A stretch of DNA of 64,000 bases, from the NCBI RefSeq assembly GCF_009914755.1, contig NC_060937.1, one strand, 5' to 3'. Below the pieces are notes generated by a model. The model worked only from the letters and a program-made list of their open reading frames with translations, was not told where the DNA came from and did no database searches. Positions 44,801 through 60,932 of the stretch are shown one piece after another. Both the position numbers and the translations under genes were made by a program. The DNA comes from the human T2T-CHM13v2.0 reference genome, Homo sapiens. Numbering within the stretch: the stretch's first letter is position 1; each line of letters begins with the position of its first letter.

Positions 44801-45989
44801 AGACTTCCTTTTTTGCACAGGGTTTTTATGCAACACAAATAAAGGGATAGTTTATCCTTTAATGGTAATAATACTGTTCTTCATTGATGAATTATTTCTT
44901 AGAAATATTGCCCATACATTTATTAAAGTTACAGTCAAATGTAACCAGCTTAAAAGTTCATTTTGTAAGTGTCTGTTATGATCAGTCAGATGTTGTAGTT
45001 GTTGTTTAATACTCAGAGGCCACTTTTCTTTGATTCCCGGACCTTGGTGGACAGAACATATTTAATTCTCAAATACTGACAATTCTGACATTTGTTTTCA
45101 CAACAATTTAACCTTATTATGAGAAGTCTTATTTTCTGCATTGCTTTTTTTCATTTATCACAATTTTTCTTCCCAAACCAGAAAAAAAAATCGAAGAGTT
45201 GTTGAGATAAATGCACAGGTTTGAGAAAAAGTTAAATAAATAAATAGAAGTACCACATTTTAACTTTTTGCACTGTGTAATAACAGTATTAATGACACTC
45301 AATCAATATCCTACAGATGACTATGATAGTCATTACTGTTGTACTCATTGCTTCAAAACAGATTCCCAGAGTAAAGCAAAAGTACGCATAGGAAGGAAGC
45401 TGTCCAAGCCCTCCATTGCTCTTTGAGCTCATCATGTGATTATAGGGAAGGGGAAAGGGAATGATTTCCTCAGAAAAATATACTGATCACCATATATTCT
45501 TTCGGGATGCTAAACAAGTATCCAGAAAAACATTTACATGTAATACATCTACAAATCCTCTTTTCCAGTAATGCTTATGTCCTGTCATCTGAGATATAAA
45601 ATTCTTTCTGGGTTACTAATTTCTTAATTTGGCCAATTTATTTAAGATGCTCTTCAAAGTTTTAAATTAATTGACTAAAATTCCCACCGTGAATTGGCAT
45701 ACGGAATGATCATACTTTCTAGACTCTTTGCACATGCACTTCAAGGACAGAGGAGAAAAGAAAACTGTTTCACAAAACACACACACATGCATACGAACAT
45801 GGAGAAAATTTCACAAACATTTTCTTGAAAGCATAAGCAAAATTATAAGAAAGTAAACAAAATCATAAAAGTTTTTTGAAATCAAAAAGAATTAAAAAAT
45901 AGAGCTAGCATTTTTCAATTTTTCAGAACACATTGCTCCATCTCTGTCCCTCCAAAAAGGAGCTTATTATTACATTATTCTTATTAAAA

Positions 45990-47760
45990 TTACTACTAAA
46001 GGATTAATGAATTAACTTGAATTAAATGAGATGATTAAAAGTGTGAATCAAGAAATAAATAGGTAAATAAAAATATATTAAAATACAATAATGTTAAGCT
46101 GAAGTGTAAAAACAAGTTGGTATTAAAATGCTAAACAAGAAAATATAAAATGAGAAAGATACGTTCAGAATCTTATGTATTGTTTGAGATAAGCAATGAT
46201 AAACTTAGGCAATATTAAGTCAAGCATGTCTGTTAAATTTTTAAAGATACAATCAAAAGATACATCTGAAAAGGGTAGATAGATATAATATAGAAAGGGA
46301 AATAGGAGAATAAAGGAAATTCAATCTTTCCAACAGAAGTGCACAAAGCAAAAAAAAAAAAAAAAAAAAAGGTGCCTAGGACTAGAAAGTAAAATTGAAA
46401 TATCAAAATAAGATTGTAGAAATACAGATATTTGAATTATCACAAAAATGTTGACTCAACTTGCCATTAGCAAGTGAATTAAATAGAATGTATATGTAAT
46501 TAAATTTTAACTTATTTAACACAGCCACTGTGCTAGGCAGCTAGAGATACAGTAGAAAACAAAACAAACAAATAACTTGCTTTATGAAACTCTTTTACAA
46601 GCTAGTGGAGGAAAAAATAAAAGAAAATTAAGTAAAACATGCATTTTTTGTTTAGTGGAAAGTGCAATGTGAAAAAGTAAATAAGAATGAAGGAAGAAAA
46701 AAAAAACTGGTGTAAAGACTGAAAAAATGGTTCTAGTTATGTACTCCCAGAAAAGTCATAGCTGCATTCTGTGTTGTAAGAACAGTTTCAAAGTAGAAAG
46801 ATGGATAAAGATATACGTGACAAATGTGAACAAAGAGAAAGCTGCTGGACTCATCCATGTTATACAATAGACTAATTTTCATCCACTCCCCCACTCATTA
46901 CAAATACAAATTTTGAATTTTTTTGTGCACTAGTTAGAATAGCTTTAAAAACTTCATTGTATAAAATTATATAATAATGAGAAACTGAAAAACACACAAT
47001 AAAATAAGAGCTTAGTTTAATTTGGCAGTCATTTACAGAGCATGAAAAAATGTAAAAATGAGGTTTCAAAACTATGACTCTAAAATTTCATTTAATGGAA
47101 TTTGCATACCACAATTAGAGAATATACATTCTTTTTATGTTTACATGAAATTTTTACAAAAATTGACCAAATATCTGACCATGAAACAAAACACAATAAA
47201 TGCTAAAAATTTATTATGATATAAATGACATTGTCTGAACACAGAATACCTAAATAAGTGGGAAAATATGCTATATTCATGGGTGACAAATAGTCCGTCA
47301 AAAAATGCAAGTATTTGCAATTTAACCAATATATGAAATGCAATTCAAATTACATCCTTATAGTATTTTTAGGAATCTCTATAAATTGTTTTTAATCTAT
47401 AAAAATACTAATAACTTGATATACTGAGAGAACTATGAAGTACAAGGTAAAGGTCCTGAAATGTATGGTAACTTGGTATATTGCAGGGATGGCATTAAAA
47501 TAAAATGGTTGAATTTTGGAATATTTAATAAATCATGCAGGTTCAATTAGAAAAAATATGGAAGAATACGAAACATATGTACATCATATGCCTGACTTAC
47601 AAATTCAGGAGCCATCTAACATTTTTAATAAAGTTAATAATATGCATAACATATAAGTTACACTCACAAGAATATAACCTAGAAACACTGGCACACATGC
47701 ACAAAGAAGCATCATACTACAAATTTTGAAAAAAACCTAAATATTTATTCTCACTTGAAT
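45990..47760 (+). mobile_element. Very old L1M fragments (ORF2/3' region) with an embedded L2 piece (about 46490-46720) and an A21 run at 46350
   Basis: aagatggataaagatatac; acaattagagaatatacattctttt; aaataagtgggaaaatatgctatattcatggg. Confidence 0.55.
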
Positions 47761-49205
47761 AGATACATATATTTATTTTGACTTAACTTGGATTTTAATT
47801 TTTAATGCTGTATAAATGTTCATAAAGCATTAATAAGTAATTATTAAATGGTCCCTACAATGCCAAACATAATTTGCATGATTGTGGTTGTCTTCAGAAT
47901 ATGATAACTAGAGATCTCTGGATAAAAACTCTGATGTTACAAGTACCCCTTATATCAGAAATCTTCTGGTCATAAAGTCAACAGTAGCTCATCCCAACAC
48001 ATAATAAAGCAAGAGTGGTAGATCTTTGTATACAACAAGAAGAATAAGGTAAATAAGTAACATATTTTCTATCTAAATTTCAATAGTCTTCAGAACAATC
48101 ACTTATAAAATAAAGATTAAAATTCATTCCCATTTTGATTAAGATTCCAACTTTAAACAAGCAAAATAATCTCTAATTATTTTTTTTCATGTTGATGCTT
48201 CCAATCTAATCCTCTAGCACAAATCCTCTAAAGTTAACCTCAAAACTTTATAAATCACCATTCAAATGCTCTTCAGGGACTGTTAACTCAACATTAAGCC
48301 CATAAACACGTAGTCCTTTACAGATGACAATGGCTTGTATGTGTATGTATGTGTTTGTGTTTGTATGTACATATATTCTCATATATGTGTTTTTCTCTCT
48401 CTTTACATCCCAGTTCCAAGTATCATCATTTATATACTACCAATTATTAAAATCCTGAAATCATATCTTACTCCTTCCTCACCCTAGCTCCCAACTCCGA
48501 TTTGATTTTGTTTGCAAGTCTGTATTACCTGTTTCCTATTGTGAATTTGCCATGATAGGGCACTAGAACTAAAACCCATCACACATCAACAGAATGCTGT
48601 ATTTCTTCCTCTTGTTCTCCTCACCTACAGTCTGCTCCACCAGTACATCCTTCCAATGCATGCAAGGTGTGTATTCTTAAAGGTCTCTGGCTTTGTTTTA
48701 AAACATCCCCAAATGAGTCTATGTTTCTCACTTTCTGTAGACTTAATGAGTACGGTTACTCTTATTATCATTAACATTTCTTTATCAAGAGTGCTGCTGT
48801 CTCTCCATTCAGGCACATTATATTTGAAAAGTCAAATTGGAAATTTAATATTTTAAACTATTCTTCTGGACACCTCTTTTTTTTTTACTCTATCTCCTCT
48901 GCCTTGGAATGCATGAGTTGTATGAGATGGCCACTACGCCTGCTCACCAGAGTTTTATTTATTTTTTAAGCCCAGTTTGTAACTTTATATAATTTTTAAG
49001 TCTCAACAAAACCACTTCTGTGAACACAAACCCTGTTTAAAATATTCTCTCTTCCAAGCTACCGTATTTTTCTAACAACTTTTTATGACACGTATGCTCT
49101 ATAATGCATCAGTGTGTGTCTATGAGCTCAACATGCACATAAATACATCCTATGCTCAACTGTGAGAATACTGACCCTCTGAGTTCAAAAGGAGAATTTC
49201 ACATA

Positions 49206-49525
49206 GAGATGCCACTCAACTTATGATGGGGCTATGTTCTGATAAACCCACAGTAAGGTAAAAATATCATTAAGTAAAAAATGCATTTAATATATCTAAT
49301 CAACCAAACTTTATGGCTTAGTCTAGCCTACTTTAAATATGCTCAGAATACTTACATTAGCCTACAGCCAGGCAGAATCCTCTAACATAAAGCCTATTTT
49401 AAAACAAAATGCTGTGAATATTTTATGTAGCTTTATTGAATACTTACATTAGTGTTGCAATGATTTTGAACAATTATAGAGTCGAAAAATTATCAGTCAA
49501 ATCGTTGAAACTCAACGGCCATCTG
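49206..49525 (+). mobile_element. MER6-family (Tigger-type) MITE
   Basis: TA|gagatgccactcaacttatgatgggg...gataaaccca...aaatgcatttaata...ggccatctg|TA. Confidence 0.8.
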
Positions 49526-50759
49526 TATTACTTCTCCTGTCTCCGTTTGCACATATTGAATAAAGCTCACTCAAAAAATAACAGTGCTATTGTTTAGTCT
49601 TTGTAGATAGCTAGAGTCTGAATGTGTAATTAGATAAGCATGAATAAGCATGAATCTATGCATTATAGATCCAGCTGGTAATTCAACAAGTCAGTTGTGA
49701 AAGTTTGCTTTAATTATGAAAGTAGAGGTACACATTTCAATATTGTATTATCTTTGGTATCAAATTTCTATATCTCTGGTGTCAACTATATTGAAAGAAA
49801 AATTAAGGTTAAAAACTTCTACTATATTCATACATAAAGCACATTAAGAAAGTAACTTTATGCACACAGAGAATGCCAAAACCTTGCACTTTATTCCCAG
49901 AGCTTAGACATCAGCACTGCCAAACAATTGCTGTGAGTTGGAAAACATTCTGGATATTGATATTCAATATTTTTAACCTTTTGTCAGTAAGTGATGAATT
50001 AACTCAGCTCCAAGGCTGTTCCAGTTGACAGTGAGAGCTGATTTAACTCATTTCTCACTGCAGGGAGAAGAATTTAATCCAGGGAGAACAGCCAATAGAA
50101 AAAAGAAAATGAATTAAAAATAAAATTAGTGCGCTAGTACTTTAGCACTGTTAGGCATTCCAGAAACTCAGGGATAATTAACATTCTTAATATAAAATAT
50201 TGATGTTATGCAGTATTAATGCAGTATCACAGTAAGAACTGACAGTGTTTAATGTTTCATAGCAGTCTTCTAGCTGAGCTAGAACTTCTTTTCACAAGCA
50301 AAGGAATTTAATTTTAGATTCAAAAAATATTAAACCCCTTTGAATGGAAGGCAATTAGACTCTTTCTTGCTTTCTATCTTTACTGTTTTATCTTACTCCT
50401 ATACAATGAGACAAACTGATTTTAAATTACTGCTAGCTAATAGTTTGTAAAGTTGGGTTTGACCTTCAGAGAAACAAGTATTGTAATTCACATGACTATC
50501 TAAATCAGTACTTTAGACAAATTTTGGCTTTTTAATTTGTTCAATCTTTTCGCATTTATTAGTTGAAATTATTCTGTTTTCGCCACCCCCTACTTCATTC
50601 AGTAGGCTTTGGTAAGCCTAAAATGTAGTCCATACAGAAAGTAGAGAATAAATTCTTAATTTTTCTCATTTAACTATCAATTTTCAGCATAATCAGTTGA
50701 TATCCTGGCAAATTCTAGTATTCTCTACAGAGTGTTGTATTATTTCTATGTGACTGATT

Positions 50760-50783
50760 GCACACACACACACACACACACAC
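50760..50783. repeat. (CA)n microsatellite
   Basis: Seen directly. Confidence 0.9.
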
Positions 50784-50934
50784 TTCACTTTTGTGTACTT
50801 GGGGTTTTCAATCCATTGTAATCATCATTCTTTTGGAAGCACAAATGGTTTTAATGTCGAACAGTGAGAGCATCTTCATACTGGCTCTTGGACCTTCTGA
50901 ATGGACTTAATAATCTAATCTGTTTGTAACCTCC

Positions 50935-52424
50935 TGTCTTAGTCTGTGTTGGCTACTATAACAAATGACCATAAACTGGATGACTTCAAGAACCAACATT
51001 TAGTTTTTACAATTCTAGGGAATGGGAAGTCCAAAATCATGGTGCTAGTATTTTCAGTTGTAGTAATGGCCTATTTCCTTGTTTGCAGATAGCCTTCTCC
51101 TTTCTGCATCCTCATGTGGCCAAGAGATAAGTTATCTCTCTTGTGATTATTTTTAGTATTTAATTTTTTTACTGACTTATAACATGCATACAGAAATACA
51201 TGCACAAATAGTTAATGCTGGCGAAGTTGTGGGGAAAGGGGGAACTCTCACACACTGTTGGTGGGAATGTTAATTAGTACAGCAACAGTGGAGAATAGTA
51301 TGGAGATTCCTTAAAAAACTAAATATAAAGCAACCATATGATCTAACAATCTGACTACAAAGTGTATATATAAAAGAAAGTAAATTACCATATTGAAGAG
51401 ATATCTGCACTCCCATATTTACTGTAGCACTACTAACAATAGCCAAGATTTGGAATCAACTTAAGTGTCCATCGACAGACAAATGGATAAAGAAAATGTG
51501 ATATATGTACATAATGGAGTACTATTCAGTCATAAAAAAGAATGAAATCTTGTCATTTGCAACAACATGGATGAAATCAGAGGACACAGGTTAAGTGAAA
51601 TAAGCCAGGCACAGAAAGACAAACTACACATGTTCTCACTCATTTGTAGGAGCTAAAAATTAAAACAGCTGAACTCACAGAGATAGAAAGCAGAATGATG
51701 TTTACCAGAGGTTGGGAAGGGCAGTGGCAAGGTGGTGATGGGTGATGGTGATGGTTAATGGGTACAAAAATGGAGACACAATTAATGAGATCTAGTATTT
51801 GATAGCACAACAGAGTGACTACAGTCAGCAATGATTTCTTGTAAAATAACCAAAGGAGTACAATTGGAGTGTTCATAACACAAAGAAATGATAAATGCTT
51901 GAGGTAATGAATACCCATTTACCCTCATGTGATTATTACATTTTGTATGCCTGTATCAAAATATCTCATGTACCTCATAAATATATACCTACTATGTAAC
52001 CATAAAAAATTAATTAAAAAATAGAAATGCATGTACAAAGCATTCATGTAATGCTCAATGAATTATTACAAAGCTAATACACTTTTGTAATGAAGAAATA
52101 AAACCAGCCTCACACATGCCCTCGATAATCACTTTCTTCCTCTTTCCTTCACAAAGGTAACTATGATCTTAAGAACTAACATAGTAGATCAATTTTGTCT
52201 TTTTCTTCAAGTGTTTTATTACAGAAAAGTTTGAACATACACAAAACAAATAAAATAGTACAGTAGACCTGTCATCCACCCTCAACCACTACTAATCATT
52301 CTTGAGTGCTCCACACTCATGACCTAATTACCTACCAAAGGCCCTACATCCTAATACCATCACATTCAGGTGTAGGTGTTCACCCTGTGAATTTCTGGGG
52401 GATACAAACACTCAGTCCATAACA
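50935..52424 (-). mobile_element. MLT1A/MST-like LTR split into 50935-51152 and about 52295-52424 by nested L1 insertions
   Basis: tgtcttagtctg...ctataacaaat at one end; ctcatgacctaattacctaccaaaggcc...cactcagtccataaca at the other. Confidence 0.8.
51209..52022 (+). mobile_element. L1MA (L1MA3/4-like) 3' fragment with TSD
   Basis: Typical L1MA 3' end; TSD agaaatRcatgYacaaa at 51192-51208 and 52023-52039 (15/17). Confidence 0.9.
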
Positions 52425-52429
52425 CTACC

Positions 52430-53880
52430 ATCCTTCATATTTAATAATATGCCCCAAACTTATCTCACAAATTTTCTGTCCAACATCAAAAAGATCTATT
52501 TCTCTAAAGAAGCAATGACTGTTTAATAAACAAAATCTGCTAGAGGTCTTTATTGCTATTGAGTTGCTATTGTTCTTAAATCCTTTTAATGGATGATGTT
52601 AAAACATACATTAGAATATAAAAATATAAAAACAAATTGCAGTGCTGTATTCAATTCACATATAAGATTTCTATTCTTTCGTGAAAAGCTTATTTCCTAC
52701 ACAAAATTAGCATGAATAATTATATTCTCTATCCTACAATATGGAAAATTATAATGGAAGTATCTGCAAGGTAAGAATAATACAACGGGATAAAGTTAAT
52801 ATTTCTTTGCATATATTTTGTCCTTAGATTAGATATGTGGCTTGACTATATATAAACAATTAGATTATTTTTTTCTTCTGTGAGGTTATGTCACCAAAAT
52901 GACATGTAATTAGCTATATTTGTTTTATTTTATTTTAAGCTTGTTTTACTTTCTGTTTTGCATTCTGATTATACAAAAATTTACATAACTCAAATATAAA
53001 AATTATATTACCTGTATATTAATATGAATTCCTTTCACCCCTGTTCTTTCCATTTTGTGCCTCCCTGTCCTTCAAGTATTAAATATTTTTAGTAGTTTTT
53101 GCTGGTTTTTCATTAGCTTTTTGCAGATATAATTATCTGCAAAATATATTTATGGGTTACGAGTGTGTTTGCTTTCTCCACTTTTTAAATCAACAAGCAG
53201 CATATATTCTGCTTTACGCGTTGCTTTCTTCACTTAAAAATACATTTTGTGGATCACTTCATATCATTAGATAAAGCCCTTGCTCATATAGTTTTACAAT
53301 AGCCTAGCACTCTGTTTTGTGACTATAGATTGTTGGATGTATTTATTTATTTATTTATTCAGTCCTTTATGGATGACCATTTTGATTGCTTGTAACATTG
53401 TTATTACAAATAGTGCCAGAGCAAACAACTTTGTTCATATGCCATTTTGGAAGTGTGTCATGAAGATAGATTTCTAGAAGTGGGATTGCTGTACTAAAAA
53501 ACAGATGCATATATGATTTTCCCAGATGTCACTATGTTGCCTTCCAGAGGGGCTGTGCCATTTTGCATTTTCATCAATGATGTATGAGACGTGTTGCCAC
53601 ACTTGAGGTTTCTGCCACTCAGAGAAATTATACTTTTATTTTGACTTTTTCTCCTAATATGTAGAGTTGAATGTCTTTTTATTTGTAAAGAGTCATTTGT
53701 GTTTATCTGTCTATGACTATTTTGTCAATCTTTTTTCCCATTTTCTATGTTTTTGGTCTTTATCCTTTAAATATCTGAAAGCCTTTGTTTTATGCTGGGA
53801 ATGTATTTTTACTATGAATTGTCTTTTGACTTTGCTTATGGTTCTGTTTTGCCTTGTTCTTGCCATGAATTATTCTTTAT
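52430..53880 (-). mobile_element. L1MC/L1ME 3' fragments
   Basis: gctttcttcacttaa; atggatgaccattttgattgc; gatagatttctagaagtgggattgct; ccattttgcattttcatcaa. Confidence 0.7.
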
Positions 53881-53984
53881 AAAAGAGTATAACTATAATT
53901 ACCCTATTAGTTATCTGTTATTTATTCTCTTACAGCATACCATTGTAAAGCCCTATACCAGAAGATGAGAATAAACATAATTAC

Positions 53985-54338
53985 TATTATTATTGTACAA
54001 AAGACTTTATCTCTCCAAATTCATATGTTAAAATTCCAACCCCCAAGGTGATGGTATTATGAAGTGGGGCCTTTTCAAAGGTGATTAGGTAATGACTGCA
54101 GAATTCTCATGAATGGGACTGGTGCCCTCATAAAAGGGGCTCAGAGAGCTGCCTTGACCCTTCTATCATGTGAAGCCACATCTAGAAGGTGCCATCTATG
54201 AACCAGGACTTTACCAGACACTAAATCTGCCCACACTTTGATCCTGAACTTCCCAGAACTGTAAGAAATAAATTCATGTTGTTTATAAGCTATTCAGTTT
54301 ATGATATTTTGCTAGAGCATTCTAAATGGACTAAGGCA
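53985..54338 (+). mobile_element. MLT1A0-like MaLR LTR
   Basis: aaattcatatgttaaaattccaacccccaaggtgatggtatta...agaactgtaagaaataaatt...ggactaaggca. Confidence 0.85.
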
Positions 54339-55469
54339 AATATCATAGTAGAAGAGACAGGCACTAAAGTGACAAATTTAAACATAGAGTGAAAAATTCT
54401 ATAAATGGATATGTGTGAGGAATACACAAACATATCAGGCCTTATTTAATACATTATCAGAGGTATTATATCTTTTTTTAATCCTGCACTATAGAAAAGT
54501 TTCCATTTTTGTCACAATAATTAAATGTCTGATTAATATCTGCAGGAATTAGCTTGCTTATACTGATTACTATTTTTTCACATCTAGGAAAAAATATGTG
54601 AAATGATGGAGGATGTGATGGAGGAACAGGTACTGTAGTTACTTTTTGCCAAATATAACTATAAAACAAGAAATATATATACATGTATATGTGTGTATTT
54701 TTCAGAATAAAAGAAATAGGCATGCAGGTTAAGGACTGCTGAGAAAAGAATAACCAGGTAAATTTTATTATTGTGTCAGTTTTCTGCCTGCAACAAATAT
54801 CCATGCTTCAGTGCAGCATCTCACTGAGTAGAGAAGATAGATTTCAGAGTGTAGGGTGGCCGGGGCAGCTAGAATTTGCAAAGCATAACATTTTAGAGGA
54901 AAGAATTACAATTAGAGGCTCATCCTATTTAATTTTTAAACAAAGTAGTTTTGTTTTCACATGTGATCCCACTATCACTTTAAATAGAAATAATTTGCAG
55001 TGATGCTAGGAAACTTTACACACATCTTCACATTTCCAAAATTTTTTTCTATTCTGGTTTTAGAATAGAATTTTAAAACACAGTAAATACATAATCTGCA
55101 CTTGTGTTGATTTGAATATTAAACAGTTCTAATTATTTTATGTGAAAAAAATCTGTATTGTTCTTAGGTTGATAATTTTAATGGCACAGAAATTTTCTGT
55201 TGTGGATGTAATTTCTATTTCTAAAAATTAAAAAAAAACTTATTGTGAGAAAAAAGGCTGAAAAATAAAGAAAAAAATGAGAATATTAAGGTACAGAAAC
55301 AGGACATTTTAGCCTTCTAAAATGCTGAGGTTTTCTCTTGGTCCCTGATGTTTCTTTTTGTTCTTGTTGTAAATTCTATTCCTGGTTTTAATTTTCATTG
55401 TTTTACATTTTGTATTTTTTTAATTTTTGGAAAGTTTTGAAACTAAGAAAGTAAAAGGAAAGATCAGCT

Positions 55470-56225
55470 GTTCTTCTTTCTCTATATTTTACTCTTAACA
55501 CTCACTACTACTTCCATTGTCTTCTGACACCAAATGTGTGAGGGGTTTTTCCACCAAGAAATTCAATTCTCCAGTTCTCAGCAGACACCCACAGGGTATC
55601 CCATAGTTAAACTCAATCCTGACACTATATACCTAAAAATAGTGTCAGATCCCACAGGTTAAGGCTTCAGTTCCACAAGATGGCGCTACTTTAGATGCCA
55701 AATGCAAGTCCAGGCTGCCTCCTGTGCTTATGACCAACCAGCTATAATTCGTAATTTCTATCATCCCCTCTCTGGATCCAGTTTCTTTCAAGACTGGCTC
55801 AGAGACCTCAGAAAAACAGTTTACTTACTTAGTTGCCAGTTTACTATAGCAGGGTACAACCCGGGAACAGCCAGATGGAAAGTTATGGAGGCTTTACCAC
55901 GTAGGTATGATCAATTATCACCTCAATTTTCAGCCCTTCTCCCCTTCATGGACAATGGGGGATAGAAGTGAAAGTTCCAAAGTTTTAATCATGTCTTGGT
56001 CTTTCTGGTGACCAGTCCCTATCCAGGACCCCACCAAGAATTGTTTCATTAAAACAAAGACACTCTTTATCACCCAGGAAATTCTAAGGGATTTAGAAGC
56101 TCTGTATTAGCTACTTGAATCAAAGATCAAATATTAGAACAAAAGCTGTTCCTAGCACCCGTATCATAGGAAATTCCAAGGATTTTAGGAGCTGTGCATC
56201 AAGAAACTGGGGCATATATATATGT
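55470..56225 (-). mobile_element. MER21-like LTR
   Basis: ttctgacaccaaatgtgtg...gtcagatcccacaggttaaggc...ggaacagccagatggaa...caggaaattctaagggatttagaagctctgt. Confidence 0.8.
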
Positions 56226-58079
56226 ATATATACACACACACATCTATCTACCTATGTGAGTAAACAAAAGGTTTATAAAAGAGAATCAAATAAGATTCTC
56301 AGTTACGTTATTTTCTGTGAAGTAATATCTATTGAAATAAATTCCATATACTTATATACTATTTTTATATAACATATATTATTATATATAATATATAGAT
56401 GTTATTTTATAGAAAACAAAATAACTGAGAGTGTTTGCTTGCTCACATAGCACTATAACAGTAAGCAGAAACCTTCCCCCCCAAAGGTATTTTGATTGTG
56501 TAATGTAGTGCAATTTTATCAGCTGAAGACATCATTGTATTTAGACAGAATGTACAAATTCAAATTCAATGCCGTCAAATGTCACCACAAGGCACAAGTC
56601 TTACTGATAGGGAAATTCTTTCTTAAAAAAAAAATTATAGGGTACATTTTCTTCCAAAAAGTGTTGTGTTTAGTACAGGAATGATGACAGAGTACATTTC
56701 TGAGCTTAAGCAGTTGAAAACAAGTAGAGAAAAAGAAATACCACAGACTCAGATTTCTAGTCCAAGCCTTGTTTTTTTTATTTTTAAATTGAGCATACTT
56801 CTTTATTTGTAATTCTGAGCTGTGGACAGATTTGATCATTTTGTCTGTTGTTCTTTCATAGCTTTAATGTTCTATCTCTTTACATATTTACTTACAGTAA
56901 ACATGCAGTGTTATGCAGATGGGGAAACATATATGCATTTGGAAATCAGTACTCTGCTGGCCTTCTTCATTTAAGAGGCAGAGATTCCAGACGGCATACA
57001 TTTTCTGGTATAAGGAGAGATTGTGTTGAAATCTGAGTTAGAACCGTCAAGTAGATAATTGTTGCAATGCCTCTCTCTACTTCATTGTATCACATTCTCT
57101 TGTTTGCTTCTCTCCTAATAGATATTTGTCGCCAAAAAATCCAGCCCCTTTACTGCTAAGCAGATGTTTTAAACAGGGAGTAGGTTGGCTTCTGACCTTA
57201 AACTGGGGGTGGAAGGGTGGGATTACTGAGGTAGTAAAGATGATAATGCTTGTTTTACCTTCTTCCTTCCTTGCCATCCACCGCTGTTATCACTGGTATC
57301 ATTTTCAGTTGCTTTGTGTGTGTGTGTGTATATATATATATTTCCAATTATTCTTAAATGCCTCTCTGCATTAAGCTCTTCTATACCTTGAGGCTGGTTT
57401 TCCCATAAAATATAGGTTTCTTCAGATTGTATGTATCCAAAAAGTAATGATTAGAATATCAGTAAATTTGGCTTTATCTAAGTGAAAATAAAAACAGAAA
57501 AATGTGATATAAAAGAAAGTATTTTTCTTCTTTTAGTTTCTCTTTCCTTAATAATAGCTGTATTAGGACATTTCAAAAAAGACATACATTAACTCCTGTA
57601 AAAGAAAAAGAAAAAACAGTTAATGAGACTAAATTGAGCTCTGTAGAGAACCTGGTTTTTATCCATGGGCACTGAAAAGGAAAATAGATGAAAGCACCAA
57701 TGAGGAGATAGAAGGAAAGAAAACGTTGCTTGGGGATCATCTGTGAATTTACATTGGTAGAACCCAGCACTTACATTCCTGAAACCTCAAATTTTAGGTG
57801 AGCTTATCTAAACTTTCTCTTCATTTGACCCACCCCTGTCTTTAGTTCCTAACAGCTGTTCAGGATATTCAGCTTCTTCAATACTATTCCTAATATTCTC
57901 AGGATGGCAGGTAAGGGAATTAAGAAAAGGTCAGAGCTGCAATCAAGGTGGAATTTCTGGAACAAGAATCAAATTTATCACTAGGATTAGAAGCATGAAT
58001 TTCAAGGTAAATTGGCTCAGACATTTATGCGTCAAAGAGCCTCTTGGGTGTATCTATCCTGACCAGAAATCCTAGCCCA

Positions 58080-58282
58080 CCAGTCTCCAATTTGGTAGCT
58101 TCTGGCAATGTGAGGCTATTTAAATCTATGCTTACATTAAATAAAATTTAATAAAATTATAAATTGAGTTTCTCAGTTGCCCTAGTTACATTTTAACTGG
58201 GGTTGGTAACCAACATATTGAAGAGTGCAGATTATAGAACATTTCCATCATTGTAGAAAATTTTACTGGACAGTGTAACTCC
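58080..58282 (-). mobile_element. MER3/MER33-like fragment
   Basis: gtgcagattatagaacatttccatcattgtagaaaattttactggacagtg. Confidence 0.75.
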
Positions 58283-58429
58283 AGCCCCATGATTTAAAAG
58301 TAGAAATAACAAAGTGGGTTATAGGAATGGTAAAGCATGTTACCTTTCAGGTTTTCAAATGATAACTCAGAATGGGTTTCTTCTCCTAAGGTACTCCTAA
58401 TGAAAGAGTACATCATAATTATGTAAAGC

Positions 58430-58585
58430 TCCAGCATGGGGCTAGACTACATAGGAACAGTCTTGACTTTCACTGCTTACTGACAGACGGTGTTTTGGCA
58501 AAGTTAACTTATTTTGCTGTATCTCAGTTTTCTCACTGAAAAGATTGAAATACTAATAGCAGCCACAGTATAGGGCTGTTTAAGT
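58430..58585 (+). mobile_element. MIR fragment
   Basis: ttggcaaagttaactta...tctcagttttctcactgaaaa...tagggctgtt. Confidence 0.65.
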
Positions 58586-58589
58586 TCTT

Positions 58590-60510
<1,921 letters not shown>

Positions 60511-60932
60511 ACTTTAAAAATGTATAATACTACTTGCAATGTAGCAATCATTCCAAAAAACTGTTCACTATAATTATTTTCATTATTCTATAGCTACCAC
60601 ATATGTTAAATGAGAATAATGACAATAGTTCCCGTTGATCAAGCCAAGGGCTTTTCTAGTACAAACTATCTACCTAAACCCTGAATATAGCATTCTTACT
60701 AAGGAAAAAAAGAAAAACAACAAGAGTAAATTTTACCAAATAGATTTAGGGAACAGTGTGCATATCATGCATGTGCTCCTATGTAGAAACTTTAAAGATT
60801 ATAATAGATTTGAAAAGTATATCTTATAATTGCTATGCTCAATTTTATTTATATATTTATATGTGAAAAATAGTCAAGAAATTTATTTCAAGGACTTGCT
60901 ATAAACATTAATGCTCTTAGTCTTTGTAGTAT

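Noticed and set aside
46350-46370. Isolated A21 run as a solitary poly-A insertion
   Set aside because: No convincing TSD; slippage in A-rich old L1 is sufficient.
55619-55648. 10-bp inverted repeat ctgacactat/atagtgtcag
   Set aside because: Largely intrinsic to the MER21 consensus as I recall it.
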